DNA of 63,985 bases, filler included, from Octopus bimaculoides (taxonomy: Eukaryota), in assembly GCF_001194135.2 (NCBI RefSeq). It is 6 parts of 6 records of this genome, joined end to end, with 100 filler letters (N's around TTAATTAATTAA, not from the genome) between each part and the next. Parts side by side here need not be neighbours in the genome. Positions count along the whole stretch, not along the records: positions 1 to 28,749 come from NC_068981.1; 5 more parts are not named here. One strand, given 5' to 3'. Below, in pieces: positions 1-12,584 of this stretch. A model generated the notes under the pieces. That model was given only the letters and a program-made list of their open reading frames with translations. It made no database searches and was not told the origin of the DNA. Made by a program: the position numbers and the translations under genes. Each line of letters opens with the position of its first letter. Positions within the stretch are counted from its first letter, which is position 1.

Positions 1-669
1 ATTGAGAAACCTTTTTAAAGAAGTGAATCTTAAATATAAAGCAATATTATTTATTTTTAATTAGAGATAAAAAAAATCAAATGAAGAGCCTAAGATTTAT
101 CCGAGGTCAAATTATTTATGTATCACAAGTATCGAAGTAAATAGTGAAGCCGTTTTCACGTGAAAAGCGATTACACACACACCTCTGTTTTATATATAGT
201 ATATATATATATATGATACAAAAATGGGACAATAACGCAAATATTTACACTAATCTCACGAGTGCGCAGGTGCGAAAAAAGCTAATGGGCATTCCCCACT
301 CTCGCTTGATTAATTCATATATAATTATATGGAGCCTTCGTTCTTTGGTAAACAGAAATGAATATCTCCTTTATTGTCTTATTGTCAGTGACAAAGAACA
401 AGATTTGATGTATGAAAACAGTGACGAGATTTCCATTTCCGATTGAAAGCAAATTCATTAAATCTCTTGATGAATTGTCTTAGAAAATCTATGAAGAACT
501 TTCTAATAACACATCTTCTTCAGTCATCTGCTTTGTGCAGGAAACAACTGACAGCGTCTAGATACTTCATTTCAGCGCTTAAGAATGCTACTTCGTAACA
601 CAGAGCTATACAAAACTTGAAGGCAATCCTTTCTTCAATAACAAAGTTAACAGATAACCACCGACCCAG

Positions 670-1170
670 ATTGCACCATTCACTATAGAAGAATGTCGAA
701 AAGACCTAAAAAGTTGAAAAACGACAAGGCACCATGTTCAAATAACATCCCAGCCATCATCTAGAAATGTTCGCTCTTTCACAATCATTCATAGAGATTT
801 TGTGATGAGAACTATAAAGGAAACAAGCCAACAGTCTTCTGAAAGGTTTCAGTTGTGCAACTTCCAAAGAAAGGATATCTTCTCCTGCATTACAAGTACA
901 AGTGAATTATACTCTCATACACTCCCCTTGCCTCAAAAATCGACAATTCTATGTTCCTTTATTAAATTTTACTTCATATTTATTTCATCCTGAGACAAAA
1001 TCAGTGTGGGTTCCGCACAAATCTTTGCCCTTAAAAGAATTATAGAAACGCTCAAAATCTCCTACCCAAAATTATCAATCGTATTTTTGGATTTCTCCAA
1101 GGTTTGTGACAATGCGAAAAGGAAAGTCACTTAACATATCCTGTTGGACTATGGTACCTCAGAGAAGACA
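670..1170 (+). mobile_element. Degenerate LINE (RTE-like) reverse transcriptase fragment
   Basis: Frameshifted translation gives PFTIEECRKDL-KLKNDKAPCSNNIPA, PKKG, QNQCGFR and QIFALKRIIETLKISYPKLSIVFLDFSKVCD..ILLDYG, matching the non-LTR pre-RT and RT motifs KAPGxDxI, PKKG, QxGFR and FxDFxKAFD. Confidence 0.8.
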
Positions 1171-2637
1171 TATTTCATAGCGATAGGGATTTCCTCAATG
1201 TAACAATGTAGATAACAGTTTACGAATTCTTAATGAAATAGTTCCTGTATATTTCCCAGTGAAAAGGTATTGCTCTCGAGCATATTCTTTTATGTTTTAT
1301 TAAACTATTGTTACAGATAAAATATTTTATCATAATTCACTCAGTTGGTTTTTATCTTTAGTGTGTATTTTATTATGCGCTAAAGTTTTTTGTTTCAAAG
1401 AAGATGTGGTCTCGCAAATTTCACAGAAATATTCAATAATATTTGTGTATTGATCTTTGTTTTAGCAAACGTTACAATACATCAAAGCGTTTTCGCCACC
1501 GTATCATCTCCTTATTGATTGATTAAATATCCATAAGTCTATGTTTTAATGTCGGTTAATAAATCCTAAAGTCAAATGTTGAATGTTGCTTAACTGCTTT
1601 TCTCGCCCACTGTTACGCTCCTTACAAAATCTAAGAGCGCTTTTTACCATGAAGTCTTTTGTCGAAAATTGTTCTGTTTGATTTGTCAGAGGTAATAGGT
1701 TTGTAAAAAGAGGTATTTTGTCACTAAGACTAGAAACGTCGTGTCAAATAACAAATTTGTACAGAATCATCAGGATTAATTTCTTAAGCAATTAAACACC
1801 AGTTGAGACTTAATATCTCTCTGGCAACTCCAAATATCTTGCTAGCATTTAATTATTTACGAAAATGATAAATTATAACTGTTATAAGTGTATTCATCAA
1901 TCCTTAATTTTAGAAAATTATTTCATTTTTATTTCTATTAATTTTTGATATCAAATATTGTGAGCATTGTTTTTTTTAAAGGTATCTTAAACTGGTATCG
2001 ATAATCTCTAGTATGTCATTGAGTAATAAGACAAACAAGAACAATTTCAGATTGGTGATTCGGAATTGTTCGAAACATAGTTATAAATATAGAAAAGATG
2101 TATTGTATGGTTAACACAGAAAGGAAACTTGAGAAGAAAGAAAATATAGAGGTAATAAATATCAATATTTTCTAGCAAGAATCAAGAAGCAAAGATAATG
2201 GAAGGATGAGTTGCATATAACAGGTTAGATTGGTAGTTGGCATGGTCTGAATATTTCTGGTGCTTGGAAATGGGATTGGGCACATCATAGCATGTTTCTA
2301 TAAATTGGGATTTATCTCAGTAGAGTGGTGGCAAGATACAGTCAGAGCTTGTCGCTTTGTTGAATTTGGATGAATAGAAAACATTTCGAGAACGGAAGTT
2401 TAGGTGGAACTTTGTTGTGTGTGCGCATGTGCGCGCATAAGAGCGCCTGTGCATATGTGCGTATGTGTGTGCGTGCAAACGTGTCTGTGTGTACAGTGTT
2501 AAGTACTATTATTCAAGAATACTGTCTATTATTTGGCTTAAATAGTAGAATGCAACCCGTTACTATGTAATCCAGTTCTTTCAAATCAGACTTGTCTTTC
2601 AGTTTCAGAAAGCCATGAAATCAATGCTATCAATATT

Positions 2638-2858
2638 CTGAGTTGGCAAGGCGGAGTCGTTACTGCACCGTACGAAATGTTTAGCTGCATTTCATGCGTT
2701 TTTACGTTCTGCATCCAAATTCCATCAAAGTCAACTTTACCTTTCATCCTTTCAAGATCGATAAAATAAGTACCCGTAGAGCACTGAGGGATCGATGGAA
2801 TCGAATTACCTCACCCCGAACTTGCTGGCCTTGTGCCAAAATTTGAAACCAGTATTCT
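2638..2858 (+). mobile_element. tRNA-derived SINE, family A
   Basis: Shares GTTCTG..TTCAAATTCC..GAGGTC.ACTTT.CCTTTCATCCTTTC..GATCGATAAAATAAGTACC and GGCCTTGTGCCAAAATTTGAAAC with the copies at 29041, 31580 and 57700. Confidence 0.85.
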
Positions 2859-3437
2859 AAACTGACTTTAAAGACAATGCCCTTTCCTGAAAAAGAAACA
2901 GGCTGAAGTATATCAAATCAAAACAAATGAAACTAATTTTCATGCTTAATATTGTTTAGTAGAAAATATTTCACTGGCAAAAATGTTGACATCTAGAAAG
3001 AGTACAGGATATTAATGATACTATTTACCATTTTATTACTGGTGTAATTTTCAAAATCCTTATCAAATCATCTAAAGTATTCAGGGCGAATGATCGGATG
3101 GTTCTACGTCCTTGTGTGTCTTCCCTCATGGGTCGGATAATTTATAAGTCACATTATAATTGCTTACATAACATAATTTATAAATGAAGGCATAATATTT
3201 TAGTGCTATTTAATACTACAATATACTGAATGATCTACTTTAAAATAAAACACTTCTTCACACGCATATGGATATCTCTGTGTGTATGTGTGTTTATGTA
3301 TGTTAATAATTGTATGGTCTTTGGAACTAAAACTGAAACTTACATAAAGGACTCAATACCAAATTAGAACAAAGTATAATATAGCATATTTATTATAAAT
3401 GAAAGTGTTGGTTACTCAAGTTTAATATTGCAGCTGT

Positions 3438-4031
3438 TTGGGTTGGCAAGAAAGTAATTTTGTTTTTCACAAATAGAGTTACGACTTTTTAAATGACTTT
3501 TGTCAAAATTATGATTTTTCTTTTTGACATTTAATAGCTGTTACTTTAGCTTACTTTAGAAGCAAATTGCACCTAATTTTGTTTACAGCAACTAGTTTAG
3601 TGTCAATTTTAACATGGAGTGCAAAAACGAACACTTTCGCCATATTTTGCTTTTTTTTATTTTTGTAAAGGCAAGAAAGCTGCTGAGGCTCACAAAGAAA
3701 TATGGGAAGTTTGTGGTGTTGATTGCTTAAAAGAACGCACCTGTCAGAAATGGTTTTAAAAATTCCGTCCTGGAAATTTTTATTTCAAAGATGACCAACG
3801 TTCTGGTCGACCTACTGAAGTTGATGATGACCGAATCAAAGCCATAATTGAATCTGATTGTCAAATAACTGTGCGAGAGATTGCAGAGAGGTTAAATGTA
3901 TCACACACAGCAATTGAAAATCACTTAAAATGTCTTGGACTAGTTAAGAAGCTCGATATTTTGGTTCCACATAAATTGAAAGAGATTCACTTAACACAGA
4001 AATCAATATTTGCGACATGCATCTCAAACGC
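3438..4031 (+). mobile_element. Mariner (mellifera-subfamily-like) 5' half: left TIR plus truncated transposase (ATG 3614)
   Basis: TIR-like TTGGGTTGGCAAGAAAGTAATT at 3438. Translation MECKNEHFRHILLF-YFCKGKKAAEAHKEI..ERTCQKWF*KFR..SGRPTEVDDDRIKAIIESD..REIAERLNVSHTAIENHLKCLGLVKKLDILVPHKLKEIHLTQ shows the paired HTH region and a WVPHEL variant. It has a stop and frameshifts, and no DDD domain. Confidence 0.92.
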
Positions 4032-4084
4032 ATGCGCACTGATATACAGCAGCCGGCGGAATTAGCTGCAACGTACCTTCACGT

Positions 4085-4540
4085 ATCTACCCCAACAAAT
4101 TTCTTACCTCATAACTTTCAGAAAAATAGGTATTTTTAATGAAATTCTCTACAAATACGCTTCCAATGGCGTAGATTCCGACTGTATCGGAATTTGTAAT
4201 GAAATAAAAAATTTTCCCCCAAAAGAGTGTTATGTGTGCGATTATGTAGGTGTGCTATCTCACCAATTTATTTTCATATTAAGATCCGATATAATCGTAA
4301 TCTACACACTCAAAAGGACATTTGTCAAAATTTTCATTTAAAAATACCCATTGTTCCAAAAGTTATGAGGAAACAAATCCGACTCATGTGAATTTTCTGA
4401 AACTTCTCTCCCCACTTCCCGAAAAAATATTTTTCACAACAATTTCCCGTGTAATTAGAATCTGCTCCATCTGAAGCATATTTGTAGAAAATTTCATTAA
4501 AAAATATCTATTTTTCTGGAATTTATGAAGAAACAATCAC
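4085..4540. mobile_element. MITE/foldback-like element with ~70-bp imperfect inverted repeats
   Basis: ~4107-4178 (CTCATAACTTTCAGAAAAATAGGTATTTTTAATGAAATTCTCTACAAATACGCTTCCAATGGCGTAGATTC) is the reverse complement of ~4458-4530. A third partial module lies at ~4320-4372. Confidence 0.65.
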
Positions 4541-4961
4541 AGTACAACAGTGAATAAATCACATCAGAGTTATAATTTTGTGAGGAGTGTGATGAGCCAT
4601 GTCTAGGTGGGTAGCATCAGTTAATCGCTTAGATGCCTGAAATGTCTTGAGGTGAACCCCACTTGCTGTTACTGATAATCGACGTAGAACTAGGATACGT
4701 ATCACCAGTGAATCGACATGATATCCAAAATTATTAGGATGCCATAGAATATGGTTGTGAGGTTTGTTGCTTTTATTCAGCAGTAATGAGAATTTTTGTT
4801 CCTTGGTTGACATTTAACTTATCTCGACTTTTCATGTTGTCTTCCTGCTTCGCAGAGTAATCTGTGCATCTATGGATTCGATAATGAAGAAGACAAACCT
4901 GTGATTATTTATATAAGCTCTAATTTTATCAACGTCCTCAAAGATCAACTGAACTGTTGAG

Positions 4962-5232
4962 TTATGAGACGTAAACACACCAGCACCGGTTGTCAAAAAA
5001 TGGTGGGGAACAAGCATAGACATAAAGAAACACACACACACACATATATATGTGTGTGTTTCTTTGTGTGTGTATGTGTATGACGGGCTTCTTTCAGTTT
5101 CTGTCTGTGAAATCCACTTAAAGCTTTGGTCAGATCCAGACTACAGTAGAAGACACTTACCCGAAGTGCCACGAGGTGGGACAGCCCGCAACAATGTGGT
5201 TGAAAATCAAGCTTCTTACCATACTGCCACGC
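4962..5232 (-). mobile_element. tRNA-derived SINE, family B (internal microsatellite)
   Basis: Reverse complement contains GTAAGAAGCTTG, GTGGCACTTCGGGTAAGTGTCTTCTAC, GAAACTGAAAGAAGCCCGTC, a (TA/TG)n tract and TGTGTTTACGTC, as in the 60508 copy. Confidence 0.85.
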
Positions 5233-5916
5233 ATTACAAAATATGGCTTTTAACAATATGAAAAAAATCAACATTTTTTTTTTTTGCTTCGGCTTTCAGG
5301 TTTTTTTTATATATATATTTTAATTGTCAATCCTCTCGTGTCCATTAAATCAATATAAAATGAATTATTTCTTAAACAATAGCAAATAAATATATAACCA
5401 GCAAGACGTTGCGTGGCTGGATAAATTACCAAGTAAGTTTCAGACGAGTTGAATACTTCGTGAATACTGTCTTGCATAATTAAACAGAGTTGAAGACCAT
5501 CGCTACAAAGTTGAAACGTGCTGGTTAATTTAAACAATAGAATTTTAAGCAAATATTTAGGAATGTATTGTTAAATTCAAATTTCATTGTACATGCGTAT
5601 TGAACATTATAGGGAATTTTTACATTAGTAACTGGCCACACATCTAGTAACATGCATCTAGTTAGAACAGTAAATCGATTGCTGAACGGATTGTATCAAC
5701 CGTAGAGTGGGGGAGAGAAGTTAAAACCAACATCCTCAGTATTTCAACACTGTATACTGTTAGTAATTTAGCCTGACTTTTTGCGACTTTATCAATTTAT
5801 CACTGTATTGATTAAGATAAGGCTCATTCTAAGGGAGTTCTTTTTATAACCTCTCTTTAAATACAAAGGTAGCATTCTCTATTCAACGTTCCACTGAGAA
5901 ATTTCCTAGTGAAAAA

Positions 5917-7037
5917 TACAAAGGTAGGCTGAAAAATAAATGGGATGACTATCAAGGAGTGATGCTAAAGTAAGATCTTGCATGCATTAATTTCACCCTC
6001 TCTCATGAATAACTGCAATGTTTCTTTTCAGGGAGACTCACAGCTGACTGTCCAAAGGAAACTTCAAATGTAACTAGTAGCGACTTGAAAATGGACAAAA
6101 TTTGGCGTTGTGGTGTTACCAAGTACCTACTGAAAAACAGTTTAATCTCCAACGATATTCATGTTGACATGGTTGCTACATTAGGGGATGACACTCCAGT
6201 TTTATCAGCAGTGCAAAAGTGGGCAGCTGAATTTAGGAGGGAAAGGGAGAGTCTTGAAGATGACCCAAGGTCTGGTTGTCCTGCAACTGCCACAACCGAG
6301 GAAAACATTGATCGTAATCACGTAAAACTTTGATCAAAAACGCGCCAGGTTGACTACATCGCGGGAAAATCATTGTTTGAGGCAGATCCAACTGGTTTCC
6401 TTGAACATTTCCTGACCCAGGATGAGCGTTGGCTTCTTCACTTTCAGCTAGAGACAACGGGACAATTCATGCCGTGGAATCACCCCTCTTCACTTGCTCC
6501 AAAGAAAGCCAATGTCATTTCATCTGCAGGGAAGATGATAGCTTGTCTTTTTTGATGCAAAAGGCATTTTGTTTATTGGCTACCTTCAAAAGGGCCGCAC
6601 CATCAATGGAAAGTATTATACCAACTTGTTGAGGCAGTTACGAAAGACGATCAAGACCACACGGCCTGGGAAATTGACTAAAGGAGTCTTGTTTCACCAG
6701 GACAATACTTTAGCACACAAGTCCTAGTTTTGTGCATGACTGTGGCTTTTCTTCCTCTTTTCCTTATTTGGACCCATCTGACTATCGTCTGTTCCCCAAC
6801 ATGAAGAAACACTTGGCTGGGAACCAGTATCACAGTGATGATGACGTCATATCTGCTGTTGGTCTCTTTTTTGACGAACAAGATGAAAGCGTCTTCACCA
6901 ATGGGATCCAAGCACTGCAACACCAATGGAAGAAGTGTGTGGATCGCAAGGGGGACCATATTGAAAAATAAACTTATTTGGTCACATTCCATGAGAGTAA
7001 CTTGATCAGCCAATGAAATTTTCAACCGACCCTTGTA
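5917..7037 (+). mobile_element. Mariner (irritans/Himar-like) element with both TIRs and TA ends; internally deleted, frameshifted transposase
   Basis: Left end TACAAAGGTAGGCTGAAAA, right end TTTTCAACCGACCCTTGTA (16/19 inverted match). Transposase pieces: KWAAEFRR..DDPRSG.P, TQDERW (D1), SAGKM..F*DAKGILFI.YLQKG.TING.YY, VLFHQDN (D2), YLDPSDYRLFPNMKKHLAG (D3), GIQALQHQWKKCVDRKGDHIEK. Confidence 0.95.
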
Positions 7038-7124
7038 ATCTTTTAACAATATTTTGTCGGTCTTTAGCTCTGACAAAATAAGCAAAATTAGAGTAAATTT
7101 TCTGTATAACAACTACTTGGTACA

Positions 7125-7446
7125 AGCGTAGCTCTGTGGTTAAGCAGTTCGCTTCCAAGATATGTGATCTTGGAGTCAGTCCCACTACGTGGTAACTTAG
7201 ACAAGTGTCTTCTATCATAGCCCCGGGCCGACCAAGGCCTTATAAATAGATTTGGTAGTCGCAAACGGAAAGAAGCCCATCGCGCGTGTGCGTTTGTCGT
7301 CTACCACCGCTTAACAACCAAGTTGGCTTGTTTACGTCCCCATGATTTACCTGGCAAAAGACCCCATCAGAATAAGTGCCAAGCTTCAAAAAATAATAAA
7401 TATTAGGGTCGATATGTTGGACTAAATCTCCATGGCGGTTCCCCAG
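7125..7446 (+). mobile_element. tRNA-derived SINE, family B
   Basis: GCTCTGTGGTTAAGCAG head, GAGTCAGTCCC B-box-like motif, GACAAGTGTCTTCTA, CCGACCAAGGCCTT, GAAAGAAGCCC and TTGTTTACGTCCCC. Confidence 0.85.
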
Positions 7447-7796
7447 TCTTCCGTATTTAGTAATTGCTGGGATGGATCTTCACAACTCGAATGCAACTTT
7501 TGTTGCTTGCCATGTCGTTTGTGATATCATCAATAAAGACAGAATCTATTTGAAGTTGCTGAAGATGGATTTCTTGAATATTCTTTAACCACTTGTCGGA
7601 GCATCATATTCTTTCAGTAAAGATTTATTAGAGATAAAGTTGAAGGAGAATAGGAACTGGTGCGGAAAGGGGACAGGTGTCAGAATGTCACGATCGCAGA
7701 TTCAGATGCTTTATCTTGCTGAGTGTAAAGAAATATATACACGAAATATATTGAGTGATAGAGGTTATGCTAGAGGGTCAGAAGAGGACAGGATGG

Positions 7797-8300
7797 TTTA
7801 AAAAGCCAAACTTACTATTTTCATTTCGGTTTCTGTGCTTATCCACACCTACGGTCATAAATGCAGGTACTGGTCGAATAAGTATGATTGCAAAGAATCT
7901 CTGGAGTAACGTTATTCGATAGGATGTATGGCTCAGAGATCAGGGCGTCTTTCCAAGTCGAGCCGCTACGTCTCATTGACAGGTCACAGCTTCGATACTA
8001 CGGACATATAATAAAAATGTCGCAAAGATCGCAAGACGGATTCTTCAAGCTGAGCCAACGGGCAGGAAACTTAGGGGTTGACCAAGAACAAGATGGCTAG
8101 ATAATATCCATAGACTCATTTCGTCACGCTTGGGAACGCAGCAGGAACATCAAATGACGATTACTTCTGATATGACTCTATGGAGGATGTGTCTGAGGAC
8201 TCTATCCCCAAGACCCTTCCAGAAATAGTGGGCGGAGAAGATGGAAGGATGGATGGATGGATGGATGGATGGATGGATGGATGGATAGATAGATGGATAG
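7797..8300 (+). mobile_element. 3' end of RTE-clade LINE (Rex3/Expander-like) with (GATG)n tail
   Basis: KAKLTIFISVSVLIHTYGH, RISGVTLFDRM..SEIRASFQVEPL-RLIDRSQLRYYGHI.KM, RILQAEPTGRKLRG*PRTRWLDNI. The 3' UTR ends ..CCCAAGACCC..GGCGGAGAAGATGGAAG(GATG)n. Confidence 0.85.
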
Positions 8301-9106
8301 ATGTCATAATTTTGTTCGTAGTCAGTTTTCCGAATCTGCTGCTTTTAAACTTTCCTCTATGCTGCTCGCAGCTTCATAATCTAGCTTATTGTTTTAGAAT
8401 ACTACCTTATATTAAACGCGGTGTCCTTTTTTGTTGGTAGTAGGTTTTGGACGTCTTGTATACAAAGACCTTCTCGACAGGTTCTGCTGCAGTCTAAAGG
8501 TTATAATTAGTAATGTATATTTTTAATGATCCTTTCTTCACTATGTACATTTAAAAACAACATTGCGTTAATATATCATTAAATTTAAGGTAATCAATCA
8601 ACACTCATTGAAAATATATTAAATACACATGATAATTAGCTTTCTTCTTTTGTTTTTCATACACGCTATCTTTGAGTATGTGTGTATGCGAGTGTTTATC
8701 TATGTTTACGGCCGTACATGTGTCTTTTGTGTATCTGTGTTTCGAGATAGACTCCAGAATGTCCGAAGAAGCTATACATAGTAATATACACTGTCCTAGA
8801 TAATCTATAATGATAACTTGTTTTTCTACGATCTTTCTTGTTTTCTCCTCTTACATCGCCTCACCGTTCTCTCTCTCTCTCTCCAACTCCCTCCCACTCT
8901 CTTACCTTTCTCAGTTTGTCTCTTTTTTTTAATCTCGCTCCCCAACTAGATTGCTACCTATTTAGCTAGCGAGCTATTTATCTATTTATCTACTCACAAA
9001 TATAAGTGTATGTGCTGGTAGGTGTGTAATTACACACATATACATATACACACACACACGTGTGTGCGTGTGTGAATGTGTGTGAGTAAGAGCATTTATA
9101 TATGCA

Positions 9107-9182
<76 letters not shown>

Positions 9183-10707
9183 NNNNNNNNNNNNNNNNNN
9201 NNNCTCTTCCGATCTTTTACTTACATACACCCATGCGTTCATTCATACATACATACATACATACATACATACACACATACATACATATAATTTAATTTTC
9301 TCTTAGCACACAAGTATGCACACACGTCTCGCATAAATACAGTAAACGATTAAGAACCATATTTCTAGATGACGCAAAACAACCCCTTCGCAGCCACAGC
9401 CTTATAGCTCACAATACACGCGTCATACTTATTTAGGCTTCACTTTCTGATCTCGTGTCACTTTCTGTTGTGCTCAATCTTAGTTCTACAGTGAGTTGCA
9501 ACCCTCTTATAAAATTTGTCATAAAATAGGTTGGTCATGTGGCACGATCTGAATATGACACATACCTATAAAAGCATAATTCGCTGTAAACAAACATGCA
9601 CAAGTTTTTAAATAATTAACCATTTGAAGGTCCTTTCGGGAAAAAAATTATTCGATTCTCTCTCATGAAATGCGAATACAATTCATTAAACTTCATCTTT
9701 CAGTGCTCAGTAAAATTATCTCCAGCTTCTACCAGACAATTATCCGAACGTTGTGTACTTATTCTGCCTTTTCCTAATTACACTACTTTATGGTCCATAT
9801 TACACTTCTTCCAATTTTTTCTTGAAATCTCTTCCCTTCGATTATGTCCTTGCAGTAGAGCGCAGCGCGGCTAAATGATTTCGCTGTAGCAGTTTAATAT
9901 TCTATTGACATTGCTCTTTTTTTTTACATGAATTAGAGTAGACTATTAGAGTTATTTGTATATAATATATCTTCATTTGACTTTCTGTAAAGATAATGCC
10001 TCCTTGTAGTTGAGTCTAGTGTGTTGCCTAAAATGTTGACGATTCATAAATTAGGACTAAGTTTAAGTTCAATTTTTTCTATATTTCTGTTAACGTTTTT
10101 CTAAATGTATTTACACCGTGTCTATTTATGCGGATGACTGCCATCCTGTCATCTCTATACAATTCTACACTGAAAAAGTTAGTTTTTTTTAAAGCATGAC
10201 TGAAATGTACAAGTAGTTAGAATTTGCAAACTTTGGCCCATCGAAACTACGAATGAAGGTGTTCATCTCTCATTCATTTGCTTTAACCTGAAAGGTGTCA
10301 TTATTAAATAAGAGCGGCATGATAGTCATTATTAAACTGATATCTGTCACTAATTGTAGAAAATATTTTGCCAAATTATAAAATTTACTGGAGAAAAGAT
10401 TTTGTGATTGATAATTTGAATTTCACCATACCAGATGGAGGAATCGATAGTGCTTCATTTTCTATACTACTGAACGACTTAATCACAGCACTATTACTAT
10501 TCCATTGTAGTAATTCAGCGGCACGTATAAGCTTTGAGTTTATGGAACCGAAGATATGTTTGCTAACTACGTCCAGTTGATTTAGACACAAGATTTTCAA
10601 TGTGAACCATCAAGACTACAGATCTTAACTGAAACAGTTATTTTTAATTGCCTGAACGAACGTGCACCGGTGATATAGTGAATTATATAATACATACACA
10701 CGCCTGT

Positions 10708-10740
<33 letters not shown>

Positions 10741-10772
10741 ATAATTAGACCGCTTGCTAGACCCATTTCACA

Positions 10773-11660
10773 CTAACAAACATCACAATTTTGATCTCTC
10801 CATTGTTGAAGACGTCTCATATTGCTCCTAAAGTTTGCAAGGGACTTACAAGTCATTCCACACCGACCACAAGTCAACCCCAACAGCAGAGGCCCGACCA
10901 TCTGAATGTCTAACCAAACCGCACGCTCTGCTATATAAGGTGCACGAGAAATCATGTCGGATATTACATAGGTAGACGGGCACACCCCTGTGACCACGCT
11001 TCCGGCTTGCTTTTGAGAAGCAGACACGACCACACTGGTCGCATGAAAGAAACTCTTTCACGCCCATCTCAGGGAGAAGGTTTACATCTTCCATATATTT
11101 ACCAGCACGATTCAACTCAGTTTATGCAAACCTGTTGTTCTCGAATTTTTTAAGCACAGTAGCAATCAGATTCCTCTTCAGCTCCTTGTCGGATGCAAGA
11201 TCTTCCCAGATGTTACTATCGATATTAGTCTTTCTAAGCGTGTCTTCAAGATTGTTTTTGAAATGTTTGCATGGCTTGCACCGGGGGATGTTTTCCTTGC
11301 TCCAGCTTGCCATATAGTTCTTGTGGCATGTAGTTGTCCTCTAAACGGACATGATGACTAGACCATAGTGTCTCATTATAATGGACTTGATACTCATCAT
11401 TTTCGCCAGCTGCAGATCTCTCGTAACAGGTACGTGAGATCCCCATAAGATCTTTAGGATATTACATAAGCATCGCAGGCGAAATCCCACAGGACATTAG
11501 ATATCTCTGCAGTAGGTTGTTCAAGTCTCGCATCCATACACCAGCGCTGATAGACCTCAGCCTCGCAAATGTTTCACAAGCCTTAGAGAGTCTCTCACTG
11601 GCCTCCTCGTCAAGTGTTTTAAATCTAGACTGCGCTATCAAGGTAGACAATTACATCCAC
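10773..11660 (-). mobile_element. 3' end of RTE-like LINE ORF2 with C-terminal C2H2-like zinc fingers, degenerate
   Basis: LDEEASERLSKACETFARLR, LWSSHHVRLEDNYMPQELYGKLEQGKHPRCKPCKHFKNNLEDTL..IDSNIWEDLASD, then CDQCGRVC and CGRCGMTCKSLANFRSN. Confidence 0.85.
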
Positions 11661-11774
11661 AACTTTTAACTTTTGACCCTTGACCTACATCTGCATTCTC
11701 AAAATTGTATCACATCTCAAGAAATCGTATTCTGAGCATCAACACTAGGATCCATATATTGAACTGTAAATAAA

Positions 11775-11813
<39 letters not shown>

Positions 11814-12297
11814 CCTTCGAAACGGGGAGTAGATGGAACAGGGACAACTGAAGAAGGGAAATNNNNNNNNNNNNNNNNNNNNNNNNNNNNNNNNNNNNNN
11901 NNNNNNNNNNNNNNNNNNNNNNNNNNNNNNNNNNNNNNNNNNNNNNNNNNNNNNNNNNNNNNNNNNNNNNNNNNNNNNNNNNNNNNNNNNNNNNNNNNNN
12001 NNNNNNNNNNNNNNNNNNNNNNNNNNNNNNNNNNNNNNNNNNNNNNNNNNNNNNNNNNNNNNNNNNNNNNNNNNNNNNNNNNNNNNNNNNNNNNNNNNNN
12101 NNNNNNNNNNNNNNNNNNNNNNNNNNNNNNNNNNNNNNNNNNNNNNNNNNNNNNNNNNNNNNNNNNNNNNNNNNNNNNNNNNNNNNNNNNNNNNNNNNNN
12201 NNNNNNNNNNNNNNNNNNNNNNNNNNNNNNNNNNNNNNNNNNNNNNNNNNNNNNNNNNNNNNNNNNNNNNNNNNNNNNNNNNNNNNNNNNNNNNNNN

Positions 12298-12382
<85 letters not shown>

Positions 12383-12584
12383 CATAGATAGATGGAGTTA
12401 AACGCAAGTGTTATTCAAATCTTTTTGCTTCCGATATATGTTTCGAAGAAAACATTGGTATTATTCCAGAAGGAATAAAATGATGTAAAACAATGTGATC
12501 TCATCAGGGAAAGAAAGAAACCAAACGCCAATAAGACATTTTAACACAATGTGATGACTGCGTATATGACGAAGGAGACGCTAG

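Noticed and set aside
4559-4950. Two short minus-strand ORFs upstream of the SINE
   Set aside because: No recognisable motif in any frame, and multiple stops.
10368-10600. 70-aa ORFs on both strands; VIDNLNFTIPDG resembles an ABC-ATPase N-terminus
   Set aside because: No Walker A motif follows and no usable splice donor is present. Likely chance.
11717-12407. Long ORFs containing X runs or YI/HT/CV/LS/RE repeats (here and throughout the window)
   Set aside because: They are artefacts of N gaps and microsatellites lacking stop codons.
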